Shown in pieces: positions 1-16,577 of a stretch of 64,000 nt of DNA. Below the pieces are notes generated by a model. The model worked only from the letters and a program-made list of their open reading frames with translations, did no database searches and was not told where the DNA came from. Each line of letters opens with the position of its first letter. The stretch's first letter is position 1. The stretch is from NCBI RefSeq assembly GCF_009914755.1, contig NC_060928.1; one strand, given 5' to 3'. Position numbers and translations under genes: made by a program. This DNA comes from the human T2T-CHM13v2.0 reference genome, Homo sapiens.

Positions 1-215
1 GTGGAAGCCAGTGCAGCTTAAGTGGAGGTCTTGCCCTGAAATGGAGCCAGGTTATGGATCAGCAGAGCTGCCGAAAGCATTTTGGGGGAAATGTTTCTCT
101 GTCACCCTCAGTTGACTGAACTCAAGTTTTCACTCCCGTTTAACACGACGTGGGGGCCATTCTGACTTCTGCGGAGTGAGTATGATCAGATCTTCTGTAA
201 AAGTGTAAGTGAGGA

Positions 216-567
<352 letters not shown>

Positions 568-1094
568 TCATCTACTGAACAACAAAAACCATGGGATACC
601 AATGCTGGAGGAAGAGGCATCATCCTCAGTTTCTACTAACTCAACCACGCATGAGATGGGGACTTGGTGTCCAAGAGAAGAGCCTCTTTTTAGGTCTTCA
701 GCCTTGATCAAACCATTTCTGAATCCCTTACACACATATAATCAGGTGCTATGAGTGGTACCGATTGGATAATCTTTCTGTCTTTTCCTGTGCTAGGAAG
801 GAAAATACATGTACAGCCAACTTCCTTGAGGGTTCATTCTTTTGCATCAGGGTGTCTCAAATTCCTGCCCTTAAAACACCTGTAAGAGAATCATCCAGGC
901 GGCTTGCTCACTCTGCATGCAGGCCCTTTAGAATCAGTCAGAATCCCTGGGGCTGGAGCCACAAAATGAAATGACATTTCAACAAGTTTGTCATCACATA
1001 AGAGAGAATAGGTGAGTATTTGGATACCTATAATACAAAGTAGATTCAAAAAGAATGACTTGATTATTTTAAATGTTGTGTTTTAAAAAATTTA

Positions 1095-1446
<352 letters not shown>

Positions 1447-1784
1447 TTACTGAATACAGAAAAGTACAAAAAGGGAGAGAAATCACCCCAAATCTCACGA
1501 CCCCAAGAAATAAACCTCCTAATATTAAGTGAACAGCATTCCTTGCTATGCACAAAGATGGCTAGAGACATGAACAGACACTTCTGATCACACAAAATGA
1601 GATTTTAAAAACAAGAAGTAGCAAATTGAATGCTGGGTAAATTTATCAGAAGAAAAAGAAATGGAAGTGAAACTGAAGGAACTGGTCAACTCAGATAAAT
1701 GTAGTTTTTCCTCACTAAAAATCAGTTTCTAGAACATCTAAGAAATCAAAGATGATGAAAAATATTAAGATGTTTTATATATAT

Positions 1785-2268
1785 GTAGAAGTCCTTACAG
1801 TTGAGTGATCATCTCATGAAAAATTTGTACAGTCACTGCAAATAAAGTCATTGCAAAATCTTTACTCCTTTTGCTTTTTGCCAGCACTGACATTGGCCTT
1901 TGCAGTCTCTTGACTTCATTCTGCCCTTGCATTCCTTTTGCTGTTTTCTTGAGGTCATCTTCTTCTCATGCCAGCCGTGTCTTGCAAGTCTATGTTTGAG
2001 TTCATTTTTCTTTGCATAATTCAAAGAACCAGATAGCATGCCAAAGACCATTGTTTAACCACCACCAAAACGGGTTCTAAGTCCAACTATTAATATGAAG
2101 ATGACATCCATTGTGGTCTTGTACATTTTGTTGCCTTCCCGGGGTGAAGGACATTGGTGACCATTTGTTTCCTCTGGAGTGGTCCATTGGTCATGAACTT
2201 CCTGGTCCAGATAGTTACTGTGTCATTCATCATGGTGGTTGATCCTCAGGTAGTTAGGGAGGAAAATA
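1785..2268 (-). pseudogene. RPS24P: RPS24 (40S ribosomal protein eS24) processed pseudogene
   Basis: Minus strand from ATG at 2230 reads [34 protein letters not shown]; ORF 1848..2051 gives [31 protein letters not shown]; intronless, with an internal deletion and frameshifts; 5'UTR-like pyrimidine start retained. Confidence 0.95.
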
Positions 2269-2732
2269 AACAAGAAGTTACATATTTAAAACCATGTTTC
2301 AATTTTAGACCTGATTAATTGACTTAATAAAGGTCATTAGCACTTCTACTTCCTACAGTCCCTCCCTTTACCTCTGGAAACTAGTTATTTCTAGGTTGTT
2401 TTATATTGTTGAGGTTGACCACCTTTTCTTTCTGTTCTGCAATCATAGTCCTATTTTTAAATGGATTCACCTCTCATCACTAGCCTTTTGTCATGGTCAT
2501 TCAATTCACAAGTTGCTTATTTTTTAATTTCCTGGCTGACTAAATTTTATTATGGAGACTTTTTTTTAAAAAAAGCTCAGAAATACTGTATTCTTTAAGT
2601 TCTTGAACATGTGATAGTGTCTTTTGCCTATTTTGATTGGGCAAAAATTTAGCTGGCTATAAAATTCTTGGATTATACTCTATTTCCCTTAGAAATTATA
2701 GGCACCCATCCACTGACATTTCATTGTGCTTT

Positions 2733-3053
2733 CTTTCTTTTTCTTTTCTTTTTTTTTTTTTTTTTTTGAGATGGAGTCTTTCTCTGTCACCTAGGCTTGA
2801 GTGCAGTGGTGTGATCTCGGCCCACTGCAAGCTCTGCTTCCCGGGTTCACACCATTCTCCTGCCTCAGCCTCCTGAGTAGCTGGGACTACAGGTGCCCAC
2901 CTCCATGCCTCGCTAACTTTTTTGTATTTTCAGTAGAGACGGGGTTTCACCGTGTTAGCCAGGATGGTCTCGATCTCCTGACCTCGTGATCCACTGGCCT
3001 TGGCCTCCCAAAGTGCTGGGATTACAGGTGTGAGCCACTGTATGAGCCCAGCC
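2733..3053 (-). mobile_element. Alu (AluY/Sc-like)
   Basis: Poly-T plus reverse Alu dimer; TSD tcattgtgcttt on both sides; set in old L1M-like sequence. Confidence 0.95.
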
Positions 3054-3424
3054 TCATTGTGCTTTGTACTAACCCCCTTTCCCTGTCCTCTTCCAGCTTG
3101 TCTTCTTCTATCACAGTAGTTTCTTCATGAAGAGGCCATGTGCTATATTCCATGAGATATTTCACACTCAAAGAAGACTTCTTTTATACTCTTTTGATAA
3201 TTTGTCTGGGAATCACTCTCTTGATTTATAAGGGAGTTTGTAGTAAATACAGTAAAAGGGAAACACACAACGTATTTTGAGACATCAGAGAAGGGAGAAA
3301 CCAATTCTATTAATATTTGGGATTAGCAGGGAAGGCTTAGTTAAGAGGTAACATTTGAACTAAGCCTTGAGATAAGGGAAGGATTTGACCATGCAGTAAT
3401 GACGAGAGAGTAGAAGCAAGACAT

Positions 3425-3882
3425 TATGGTTAGTGTTATGTAACAATTTGACTGGGTTGTGGGGTGCCCAGATATTTGGCTACACATTATTCTGGGTGTG
3501 TCTCTGTGGTATTCTGGATGAGGATAACATTTAATTGCTAGACTGAATAAAGCAGATTTTCCTCCCCAGTGTGGGTGAGCCTCATCCAATCCACTGAAGG
3601 CCTGAACAAAACAAAAAGGTAGAGTCACAGAGAATTTGCTCTTTTTACCTGATTATATTTGAGCTGGGACATCAATCTTCTCCTGAGTGTAGATGTGGAC
3701 TCGAGTTGGAACTATATCATTGACTGTCCTGGGTCCCCAGCTTGCTGGCTGCAGACTCCAGGACTCCTTAGCCTCCATAACCATGTGAGCCATCCCTTAC
3801 AACTAATCAATCTGTCTCTCTCTATGTGTATAGCTCTACCTCTATCTCTCTGCTCTTTCTCTGGAGAACCTAGAGTAATACA
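3425..3882 (+). mobile_element. MLT2-type (ERVL) solo LTR
   Basis: Starts tatggttagtgttatg, contains ctgggtgtgtctctgtgg, ends ctctggagaacctagagtaataca, as in MLT2 consensus; interrupts an L2-like tract. Confidence 0.8.
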
Positions 3883-4458
3883 CAAGGTTATATTAGAGAA
3901 GAGGATGACCCAAGGAAAAGCATGCAGGCAGAAAAATGCAAAGAGGGTTTGGGAAGACTGGGGTCCTGATGGGGAGTTTGGATTTCACTGTGTGTAGCAT
4001 GGAGAATCCTTGAAAATATTCAAGAGGTGAAAATTGTATATGTGGAAGAACACCAGGAGTATGTGAAAAGAAAAACACTCACACAATTTTAACTCCACTG
4101 AAGGGGACATCAAAGGGATGTACTGGGGACATGGGTTGGAGGGTAATTGAGGCCATATCTGGAGGATCTTTACTTCTAGGTTGAGTCTGAAGTTATCTTT
4201 CTGGGAAGTGGGAGATTACAAATCTTTGAGCTCCACTCAAGAGAAGGTTTTGCTAACAATGGCAGGGCGACAGTGGTGGTGGTGGTGGTGGGAAACTGGT
4301 AGCATGAATTCTAATTGGGCTTCTGTTATTCTAGCTGAGAAAGTTGGGGAATGGACTTTCAGTAGAATAATACAGATCTGGGAATCAACTGCATGGAGGA
4401 GGTAGTTATAGGTGATGAGATGGATCAGGGACGAACTTTGTTAGAAGGAGAAAAGATA

Positions 4459-4538
4459 CTAGGCTGGTACAAAAATAATTGCTATTTTTGCCATTACTTT
4501 TAATGGCAAAATCCGCAATTACTTTTGCACCAAACTAA
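4459..4538. mobile_element. MADE1 (Hsmar1-derived 80-bp MITE)
   Basis: 80-bp near-palindrome ctaggctggtacaaaaataattgc...gcaattacttttgcaccaaactaa flanked by TA on both sides. Confidence 0.93.
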
Positions 4539-4559
4539 TAGGATGCAAACTTCGGAGCC

Positions 4560-5560
4560 ATCTACATCAGAGGGATTGATGAAGATCAACGAAGTTTGGG
4601 AACACAGGAAAGGAGCGGGGAGGATAATGACTTGAGGGCATAGCAGGGTAATCAAGGTTTTTCTTGTCAGCATGTGGAGACTTAAGCATGATTATATGTT
4701 AAACGCCTGGCACATACAGGGTGAAAATATTTATAAGTGAAATGAGGAGTGTGAAGGTGGTGAGTCATGGGAGTTCCAAGGGAATGGGTGATAAAGGGAG
4801 GTCTCAAATGAGGCACAAGTGGAGAAGGTAGCTTGGGAAAGGAGAAGGATGCTTCTCCTTATAAGATGGGAAAGGCAGAGGAAGAGGGTCAAGATACAGT
4901 GATCTAGGGGTGATATGGAAGTGAGTTGAGAGAACTCAACTCTGGGTTCTGAAACCCCTAGGTTTGGGGGGCTTTGAGATAGGGAAGAGGTTTAAAGTCA
5001 GTTGTTCTAGCAAATATGGTTTGGAATTTATTTGTGATGCTTAAAAATATTGCTGAAGAGAAGTGAAGTCTACCCTAGAGTTGGATGGTGAGATTATTTA
5101 GCGGAACTACCAGATCCATGTTGTGATTCTTTCCAGTATCATTCAGCTGCCCTTGGGCAGTTGCGAGGCAAGTCATCAGTGGTGTATGGAGATTTTCCAG
5201 GTGGGTGTGGTTGAAGGAAGGGAAGAATGAGTTCAGGAGCACATTACAAAAAGAAGGTGACTGTAAGGTCTAGGCTGAACAGGAAGGTAAAGCAAGAAAG
5301 AAACATGAGGTTGTGAAGAGAAGTTTAGAGGGATGAGGAGGCAGGAGAGTTGAAGAGTTGCAGGATGTAGCTAGAGTGGCGATGTTAAATCTTGGGGCCA
5401 GAGAGCTTTACAGTGATGATGAAGATCAAGTGGCATTAGAATCAAGCTATAAAGAGCCACTGTTTGATGTTGGGATGTGAGGATGCTGCAGGTGGATGTC
5501 TGCACATTGATGGTGAGAACGTGGTCACCCTGGCCCTGCTGGGTCTTTGCTAAAGAGACT
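4560..5560 (-). mobile_element. Degenerate L2 LINE remnant
   Basis: Purine-rich tract typical of reverse-complement L2; strongly decayed, boundaries uncertain. Confidence 0.5.
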
Positions 5561-5899
5561 GTACTCTGTTCTTGGGGCCGTTTTCATCACCTGATTAGAG
5601 CAGTGGTCCCCACATGGTGTTCTTTGGACCATCTGTATAAAATGTTCATAGGTCAAGGATAAAATGGAAAAACAGAGAAAATATCAGAGAAGTGTGCCCA
5701 TTGGTGAGAGACCACCAGCTGTCCTTTTTGGAGGATTGTTCTTTATTCTAAAAATGTATATATTCTATTCTATTAAAACATATTTGTATTTGCATGTTTT
5801 CTCTTTTATGAAATGCCATGGGGTAGAAATTTGTAATGTATCCAATTCTCCTGACTTCATGCATTGCCCTGTGGTGGGGAAGGGGATGTGGCTAGAATT

Positions 5900-6190
5900 G
5901 GCCAAGAGGCTGGGGGCAGAGGTGCAGTGTGAGACTTCTAGCCTGGAGCATTTAATTCCTAGTACAGGGCTCTCTAGCATTCTTCTCCCTCTGTTCCCTG
6001 CTTGGTGATACTCGAGGTAATGCAACCCCCATTAGCCTTAGTCTTAGGGCAAGTTTGATGGAAAACAGAGCACCCCACACCTCCCTGCAGATGTAGCATG
6101 AGTGAGGAAAACAACTTCTGATGTTTGAAGTTGCCAAGATTTAGGAATTATTTGTTATTGCAGCAAAACCTAACCTATTCTGACCAATCA
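5900..6190 (+). mobile_element. MLT1 (MaLR) LTR remnant
   Basis: 3' motif gatttaggaattatttgttattgcagcaaaacctaacctattctgacca. Confidence 0.65.
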
Positions 6191-6202
6191 TGGTGTAATT
6201 TC

Positions 6203-6250
6203 TGTGTGTATGTGTGTGTCGTGTTTGTGTGTGTGTGTGTGTGTGTGCGT
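6203..6250. repeat. (TG)n microsatellite, interrupted
   Basis: Direct reading. Confidence 0.95.
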
Positions 6251-7409
6251 GGTACAAAACTGGTAGTTTAAAAAATTTCCTTCTTACAAAAACAAAAATA
6301 GCAACTTTATGTTGGTTCTCAAATTAAAAAAAATATTTTTACTGGTTTATGAAATAGAAAAATCTGAGAATCTGTAGCTTAGAGACCTACAGCGTGGGAT
6401 GTCTGTAAAGACTAGGTTATTTATCAGCTCCTAACACCTCTTGATAGAAGCTTAGCCAAGACTTGCACTATTTCAGTCTTTCCCATTCCACATTCCATGG
6501 AATCTTGAAGAGACATTGATAAAACGGTGCAGCCATGAACCACCCTAACTCAATCCTAGTGTCAGAATCCCCCTTTTACTGCAGAATGAGCTGCTTGCTG
6601 CAGTGATACTTGAACCCCTTAGATATATTCTCTACTAATTATATTAAAACACCACCAATGCTTTTGCTTTGTTTTCCCCCAAATTAAACACCTTAGTCAT
6701 GAGAACCCAGAGAATTGGATTTAGTGTGACTGATTCCCAACTGTCAGTAAGAACATAGTTAGATTATATTTTTCTCCAGTCCAAATAAAAGAAAATTGAC
6801 AATAAAATGCTGATCAATATGTGTAGCTGAGGAGGTAGAGCCTGCTTTTGAGATGCAGAAGTGTTTGGTTTTTTTAGATGTATATTCTTGAGTAAAGAAA
6901 AAATTCATCTCTCTTTCCTAGAGGGGAAGACTTTCAGAGCGGGCTTGGCAACAGCTTATCAGAGGCTGAATTAAACCAATAGGTACCTCCCTGGAGTGAA
7001 TGGTGCATTTCTCCTGTTTGGGGGACTGTGCTTTTATGGTGGAGTTTGCTTTCTGTCTTGGTCTCCGGATGTGTGTATCTGTGGGTGGATGTCTGCATGT
7101 AAATGGCAGTGTATACCTGTGTGGGTGCGTACAAAATTCCCATGTGAATCTCAGCTTTGTGGGAATCTCTGGGTGTTGAGCCCAGCAGATGCCATTTGAA
7201 GAAAAATCACTTGAAAATGAGACAGAAGGAATGGAAACCAAATCCTAGCTCTAAAGGCACCAGGCTGATTAAAAAAAAAAAAAAACTCTGGATTTTCTTT
7301 GTTTTGGGCTCTACCTGCCTGCAAATGACATTTCTGTTTCCTATGAAATGATTAGAATGAAAGAGATCTTGAGCACGAAAGAGCAGATACTGTGTGATTC
7401 TGTGTATGT

Positions 7410-7632
7410 CAGGGTGTCAGCTGTGACGCTGCTGACATTTCGGCTCAGCAATTTCTCTGTTCTATGTGTGGGGGTTCCCTGTGCATTTTAGGATGTTGAG
7501 CGGCATCCCTGGATCCCTGGACTCACTGGACGCAGTAACACAACTCCCCCCAAGTAGACACAACCCCTAGTGTCTCCAGATATTGCCTAATGTCCCCAGG
7601 GGGCAGAATAGCCCCCATCTGAGAACTGCTGC
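7410..7632. mobile_element. MER20 (hAT-Charlie) DNA transposon
   Basis: cctgtgcattttaggatgttgagcggcatccctgg...gtctccagatattgcctaatgtcccc...gagaactgctg. Confidence 0.85.
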
Positions 7633-7780
7633 TTTCATAAAGTACAATGGTCAGGTGAAATAGGTGGAGGCTGTTTGTAGTCAGGGGTTTGTAGAGATGG
7701 AGGAGATCCCAGGAATATCCTGGAAGGGGCTGTAATATTTTGTTTCTTGAATTGGTTCTCGGTAATATGGAGATGTGTTT

Positions 7781-8109
7781 TTTTGTTGTTGTTTGTTTGT
7801 TTGTTTGTTTGTTTTTTGAGGCAGGATCTTGCTCTGTCACCCAGCCTGGAGCACTGTGGCACCGTCATGGCTCACTGCAGCCTCTGCCTCCTGGGCTCAA
7901 GCTGTCCTCCCACCTCAGCCCTCCTGAGTAGCTGGAACTACAAGCATGTGCCACCACTGCTGCCTAATTTTTGTATTTATTTATTTTTTGTAGAGGGGGG
8001 GGTCTCACTATGTTGCCCAGGCTGGTCTTGAGCTCCTGGGCTCAAGTAATCTGCTCACCTCAGCCTCCCAAAATGCTGGGATGACAGGCATGAGCCACTG
8101 CACCTGGCC
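7781..8109 (-). mobile_element. AluJ-like
   Basis: Reverse Alu dimer with (GTTT)n tail. Confidence 0.93.
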
Positions 8110-8468
8110 AGTATGTTCAGTTTGTAAGAAAAGTACTGTGTTGACCTCTTCTATGTGCACATTTCTTTAAGTAATAATTCAATAAAGCATTTAGAAAAAT
8201 TGGTCATAATAGGAGTGATTTGTAGAGTGATTGGCATGAAAGCTGATCACCTTATTTTGAACTACTCTGAAATGAGCACCAGGGGCCACCAAGAGGACCC
8301 TTTCAAGGTATCATAGCCAAGGAGAGGGGTGTGTTGTGTACATCTCTGCCTAAAGGATTTGCTGTTTACATGGAAGGATGAGGCCTCCTGAGGACAGAGG
8401 CAGCAAAGCAAGTGGAAGCCCAAAGCATTGAGCTTTCTAAATGGACTTTGCTAAAATCTTGTGGATGA

Positions 8469-8839
<371 letters not shown>

Positions 8840-9046
8840 TCCACACGTAAGGTTTCAGTTGAGATAGAGAAACTCTGGCAGGACTGAGGAATTTGGCCAC
8901 AGTCTCTGGGAAATATGCACAATTTCTGGAATCTTCTCTACTTCCAGATTTCCCACCTTCTATCTGTCTCCTATTTATTCAACAAACTTGTATGGAACCA
9001 CAGTGTGTCTAGAACTTGCCAGGTGTGGAGGATAAAAAGATGACTA

Positions 9047-9358
<312 letters not shown>

Positions 9359-9993
9359 TCAGAGTTGACTCTAACACAAATTTGGTAAGAGCCCAAGGTC
9401 TGGCTGGGCAAGCACCTTGATCGGCTTCATCCTGCAGCGTCTACTAGAATGAAGAACACTTTTTTCTTTACCCATGAAAATGTTTTGTGCTTTGTACCTG
9501 CAAGTGCAATTTGTGTTAATTCTGCAAAATTTGCCGAATAACTGTGCCTGTATTCTTAGCATTTTTCCTTTGAGAGGTTTCTCAGCACATCATCTCTGGA
9601 CTATGTGGAATTGGAAGTTTACTTAGAGTCAAAAACAAGTACAGGAAAGTCAGTTCTTACTCAAGAGTTAGGTTTTCAAAGACAGTGGATAAAATAAAAA
9701 TCTAGTACAGTCAAGATTATACGTGCAAATCCCCTCATCACTCATACAGTTTAGCAGTCAGTCTTACCGTGGCTCACCAGGTCCAATCCACACTTCTTCC
9801 TCCACGATTGGAGCAGAGGGTGATTTTTTTTTATGAGCAACTGATGAAGTCACTTAGAGGCCATTTGCGGTAGGAGCCCTGTGTACTAGAGACCAATCAA
9901 TGCGCCCTCATGGCAGCATTTCCACCTCTCTCCCTCTTTGTTCTTGCCAAGTACCCATAGTTCATTTTCCATAGATTGAAAGAGCCCAAGTTG

Positions 9994-11053
<1,060 letters not shown>

Positions 11054-11251
11054 AAACAGCCCAAGTTGCAATTTTATTCAACACTCGATTGGCTTTAAAA
11101 ATAGACTTCAGGCTGGGCATGGTGGCTCACACCTGAAATCCCAGTCCTTTGGAAGGCTGTGGTGGGAGGATTGCTTGAGGCCTGGAGTTCCAGGCCAGCC
11201 TTGGCAACATGGCAAGACCCTGTCTCTACAAAAAAAGAAAAAATAAATAGC

Positions 11252-12479
<1,228 letters not shown>

Positions 12480-12597
12480 CTACTCTGAAGGCTGAGGTGG
12501 GAGGATGGCTTGAGGCCAGGAGTAATTTGAGGCTGCAGTGAAGTATGATTGTGACACTGCACTCCAGCCTGGACTGCAGAGCAAGACCCTGTCTCTT

Positions 12598-12619
12598 ATA
12601 CATACATACCTACATACAT

Positions 12620-12657
<38 letters not shown>

Positions 12658-12669
12658 ATACATACATAC
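12598..12669. repeat. (TACA)n(CA)n microsatellite at Alu tail
   Basis: Direct reading. Confidence 0.95.
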
Positions 12670-12849
12670 CCAGGCTCTACCTCTGGTGATTCTGACTCAG
12701 TAGGGCTGGGTATCCCCTAGGGATCCTGCTGTTCAGCCTGATCTGGGATCCACTTTTCACTGGGAACTCAGACACTGGCTGTGAGCCTTTCTGCCCTGTG
12801 ATGTAGAGGTCATGGCGATGCAGGTTCAAGCTTAAGGAGACCTGACTGT

Positions 12850-13720
12850 GCGTTAGGTATTGTGCTGTACATCATCTCTTACTCTCACAGCAACATCCTT
12901 AGAAGGTTAATGATGTGTCCCTGCTCTACAGATGAGGAACTGAGCTTTCAGAGGAGTTTAGCTTGTTCAAAACTTATTCTTCCTATTGGAAACTTTGTAC
13001 CCTTTGACCAGTGTCTCCTATCCCCTACCTTTCCTCCACCCCAGCCCCTGATAACCACTGTCCTACTCTCTATTTCTGTGAGTTCAACTTCTTTAGATTC
13101 CACATATAAGTAAAATCATGCAGTATTTGTCTTTCTGTGCCTGGCTTATTTCACTTAACACAAATGTCTTTCAAGTTCATCTATGTTGTTGAAAATGACA
13201 GGATTTCTTCCTTTTCTGAGGTTTAATAGTATTCCGTTGTGTGTATATAGTACATTTGCTTTATCCTTTCATCCACTGATGGACACTTAGGTTGATTCTA
13301 TATCTTGGGTATTGTGAATAGAGCTGCAGTGAACATAGGAATGTAGGGATCCCTTCGACATATTGACTTCGATTTTTTTTGGTCTATACCCAGAAGTTGG
13401 GTTGCTGGATTATATGCTTTGAAATCTATAGCACAGCAGCATGACTATAGTCAATAATAATGTGTCTTTCAAAATAACTAAGTGGGTACATTTCAAATGT
13501 CTCATCATAAAAATTGTCAGTAAATTAGGGGATGGACGTGTTAATTAGTTTGATCTAATCATTCCATATTGTATACACATATCAAAACATCACATAAATG
13601 TGTACAATTATGATTTGTCAATTAAAATAATGTTAGTTAAAAAAATAAGTAACTTGTTCAAAGCCGCAGTTGGGATTGATGGAGCTGGGACATGCACCAA
13701 GGCTGTTGCTTTCAGGCCCG
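12850..13720. mobile_element. MIR split by an L1 insertion
   Basis: MIR core tacagatgaggaactgag before the L1, and aagtaacttgttcaaagccgcag...ggagctggga after it. Confidence 0.7.
12972..13646 (+). mobile_element. 5'-inverted (twin-primed) L1MA-like 3' fragment
   Basis: Inverted 12972-13416 and forward 13417-13646 are contiguous in the L1 3'UTR; TSD core cttgttcaaa at 12962-12971 and 13653-13662. Confidence 0.82.
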
Positions 13721-15551
13721 CAGAGTCCTTGGTCCATGAATGTTGAAGCCCTACCTGAGATTTCTACTGAGATCAGTGTAGGGATTCAATGTCTCAGAAT
13801 CATCCCATCCTCCAGGGCCCACAAGTCCATGACCGCTGCCTCTACCCCTGACCCTACTGACCTGAAATATGGCCCCTGCTTTCTTTTCCAGGAGCATACA
13901 ACACTTACACCAAGCATTGATGGGATTTGTTGACTTCATTTGAGATGTGGGGCCGTGGAGAGGGTCCCATGATCCTTGCTTGGTGTTGGGCAACTCATTG
14001 ACTTCTCTCCTTTGACTTCACCCTTCCCTTTTCTACTCACCTCCTCTGTCATGGATTGCTCTGGGAATTCTGAGCCCTGGTTCCTTTATTTTGCAGATAA
14101 CCTTCACTCTTCTCTGCAACGAATCCCAAAAGTGTGTAGTTGAGCTGACTGCAAGGTGCTTGACACGCAAGAGAATTTATAAATGGGATTCGGCCTCTGG
14201 AAAGTGGTGGTAGTTCCAGATTTATGTGGATGTTACTTTGTTTTTCCCTATAAAATCTATTCTTTAAACTGTCAAGGCTCCTGGCTGCAGTCCTTTGCTG
14301 GTGGCAGTGGGCTGGGTACTGCCACCGGGGAGAAATGCTCCCCACTTAGGGAAAGGGAAACTGGTTCTCTTTAAGAGGCAGAGGGAGGTTTCCAGTGCCA
14401 GTTTGTTTGGAGGCAAAATGGCTGTTGTATTAAAATTGCCCAAACTTGGGCTGGTGCCTAGTGTGTTTAGAGCTCAAAGCCATGATTGTTTTCATTTTTT
14501 TTTTTTTGGTTGTTGGTTTTCCATCCTTTTGCATGGCAGGTTTCTGCTAATAGCTTCAACCTCAAGAGTCCCATTATACAGACACTAATAGCACCTACTG
14601 TGTGTCAGTCTGTAGTGCCTACTATGTGCCAGGCATTGGAGATAATATAATGATGAACAAGATAAACATGGCACTTGGAAAAGAGAGTCTAGTTCCCACT
14701 CTCAGCCCACCCCAAAGAGAGGCCAGAATTGGGCTTCCAAAGATCTCAGATGCCCTTGTAGCACCTCCCTGAAGAGGGCGGGTGAAGCTTTGGTGTCTGA
14801 AGAGAATTTGGCTGGAAAATCCCCAAGGTTTGGAACGATGGGAAGGAGCTGCCATCTGTGTTTAAGGTGAGAAGTGGGGCACTGGCTGGATATCAGAGGA
14901 AGCCAAGATGAAGAGAAAGTTTTTGTGAGTTCCTATGCATAGTGGAGACCTGTTCTAGTGACGGTCCCTGGGGCTGAGCCTGTGGGTCAGTGGAATGATG
15001 CTGTGAGGAGGGTCTTGTTATAGCAGATGGCCCAAAAAAGGCTGATGGATCATGAGCAGCTGGAAGAATGTAGAGTTTGGGGGACGTAGTTTCTACCTGG
15101 CTTTCCAACAATGTGTAAGCCCGGAATTCTTACATAAGTCCATGGAGAAGGGAAAGGAATGCTGGTAACGACAAGATTGAATTCTCCACCTGCCAGGCAT
15201 CCAGGGACTCAGAGCAGATTTAACTGAAGTTACAGAAATAGGAATGTGACATTTCTTACATCCGGGTGTGCTGGAGCAAATGTATTCCCTCTCAGGTTTG
15301 TGGGGAAGGAGAATGCTAACAGACAAGACTCCAGGTTTTTGCTGTTAAACCTGGTGCCTAGAAATGCATTTTCTACTGGATGCAGATAGAAGCTCCATAT
15401 AGACATATCCATCGCTGCATCTCTCCTGCCTTGTGTTCTCCCTAATTTTCCCTTTTTAACCCACAGAGGAAGGAAGTTCCAGCATCACTTCTGGCCTCTC
15501 AAGAGTGAGGTAGGTGGTCAGGTGGAGTTATTCATGCCTGTAATCTCATAC

Positions 15552-16577
15552 TGAAGGGGTGGCCTGCCCTTCCACACCTGTGGGTATTTCTAGCCAGGTA
15601 GGCTGAGAGACAGAAAAGAAATAAGACACAGAGATAAAGTATAGAGAAACAACAGTGGGCCCAGGGGACCCGCGCATAGCATACCAAGGACCTGCATTGG
15701 CACCTGTCTCTGAGTTCCCTCAGTTTTTATTGATTATTATCTTCATTATTTCAGCAAAAGGGAATGTAGTAGGAGGGCAGGGTGATAATAAGGAGAAGGT
15801 CAGCAACAAAAATGTGAGCAATAGAATCTATGTCATAATGAAGTTCAAGGGAAGGTACTATGACTGGACGTGCACATAAGCCAGATTTATGTTTCTCTCC
15901 ACCCAAACATCTCAGTGGAGTAAAGAATAACAAGGCAGCATTGCTGTAAACATGTCTCGCCTCCCACCATAGGGTGGTTCTTCTCCCATCTCAGAATTGA
16001 ACAAATGTACAATTGGGTTTTATACCAAGACATTCAGTTCCCAGGGACAGGCAGGAGACAGTGGCCTTCCTCTCTCTCAACTGCAAGAGGCTTTCCTCTT
16101 TGACTAATCCACCTCAGCACAGACCTTTTACGGGTGTCAGGCTGGGGGACCGTCAGGTCTTTCTCCTCCCATGAGGCCACTTTTCAGACTATCACATGGG
16201 TAGAAACCTTAGACAATATGCCGCTTTCAAGGGCAGGGCTCCCTGCCGCTTTCCACAGTGTATTGTGCCCCTGGTTTATTGAGACTAGAGAATGGCAATG
16301 ACTTACCAAGTATACTGCTTGGAAACATTTTGTTAACAAGGCAAGTCCTGCACAGCCCTACATCCCTTAAACCTTGATTTCATACAACACATGTTTTTGT
16401 GAGCTCCAGGTTGGGTCGAAGTGGTTGGGTCAAACTGGCTGGGGCAAAGCTACAGGTTAAGAACATCTCAGCAAAGCAATTGTTTAAAGTACAGGTCTTT
16501 TACAAAATGGAGTCTCTTATGTCTTCCCTTTCTATATAGACACAGTAACTGTCTGATCTCTCTTTCTTTTCCCTGCA
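15552..16577 (-). mobile_element. HERV-K(HML-2) 3' LTR, LTR5A-like
   Basis: Minus strand starts tgcagggaaaagaaagagagatcagacagttactgtgtct and ends ggcaggccaccccttca; polypurine tract adjoins at 16578-16595. Confidence 0.92.
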
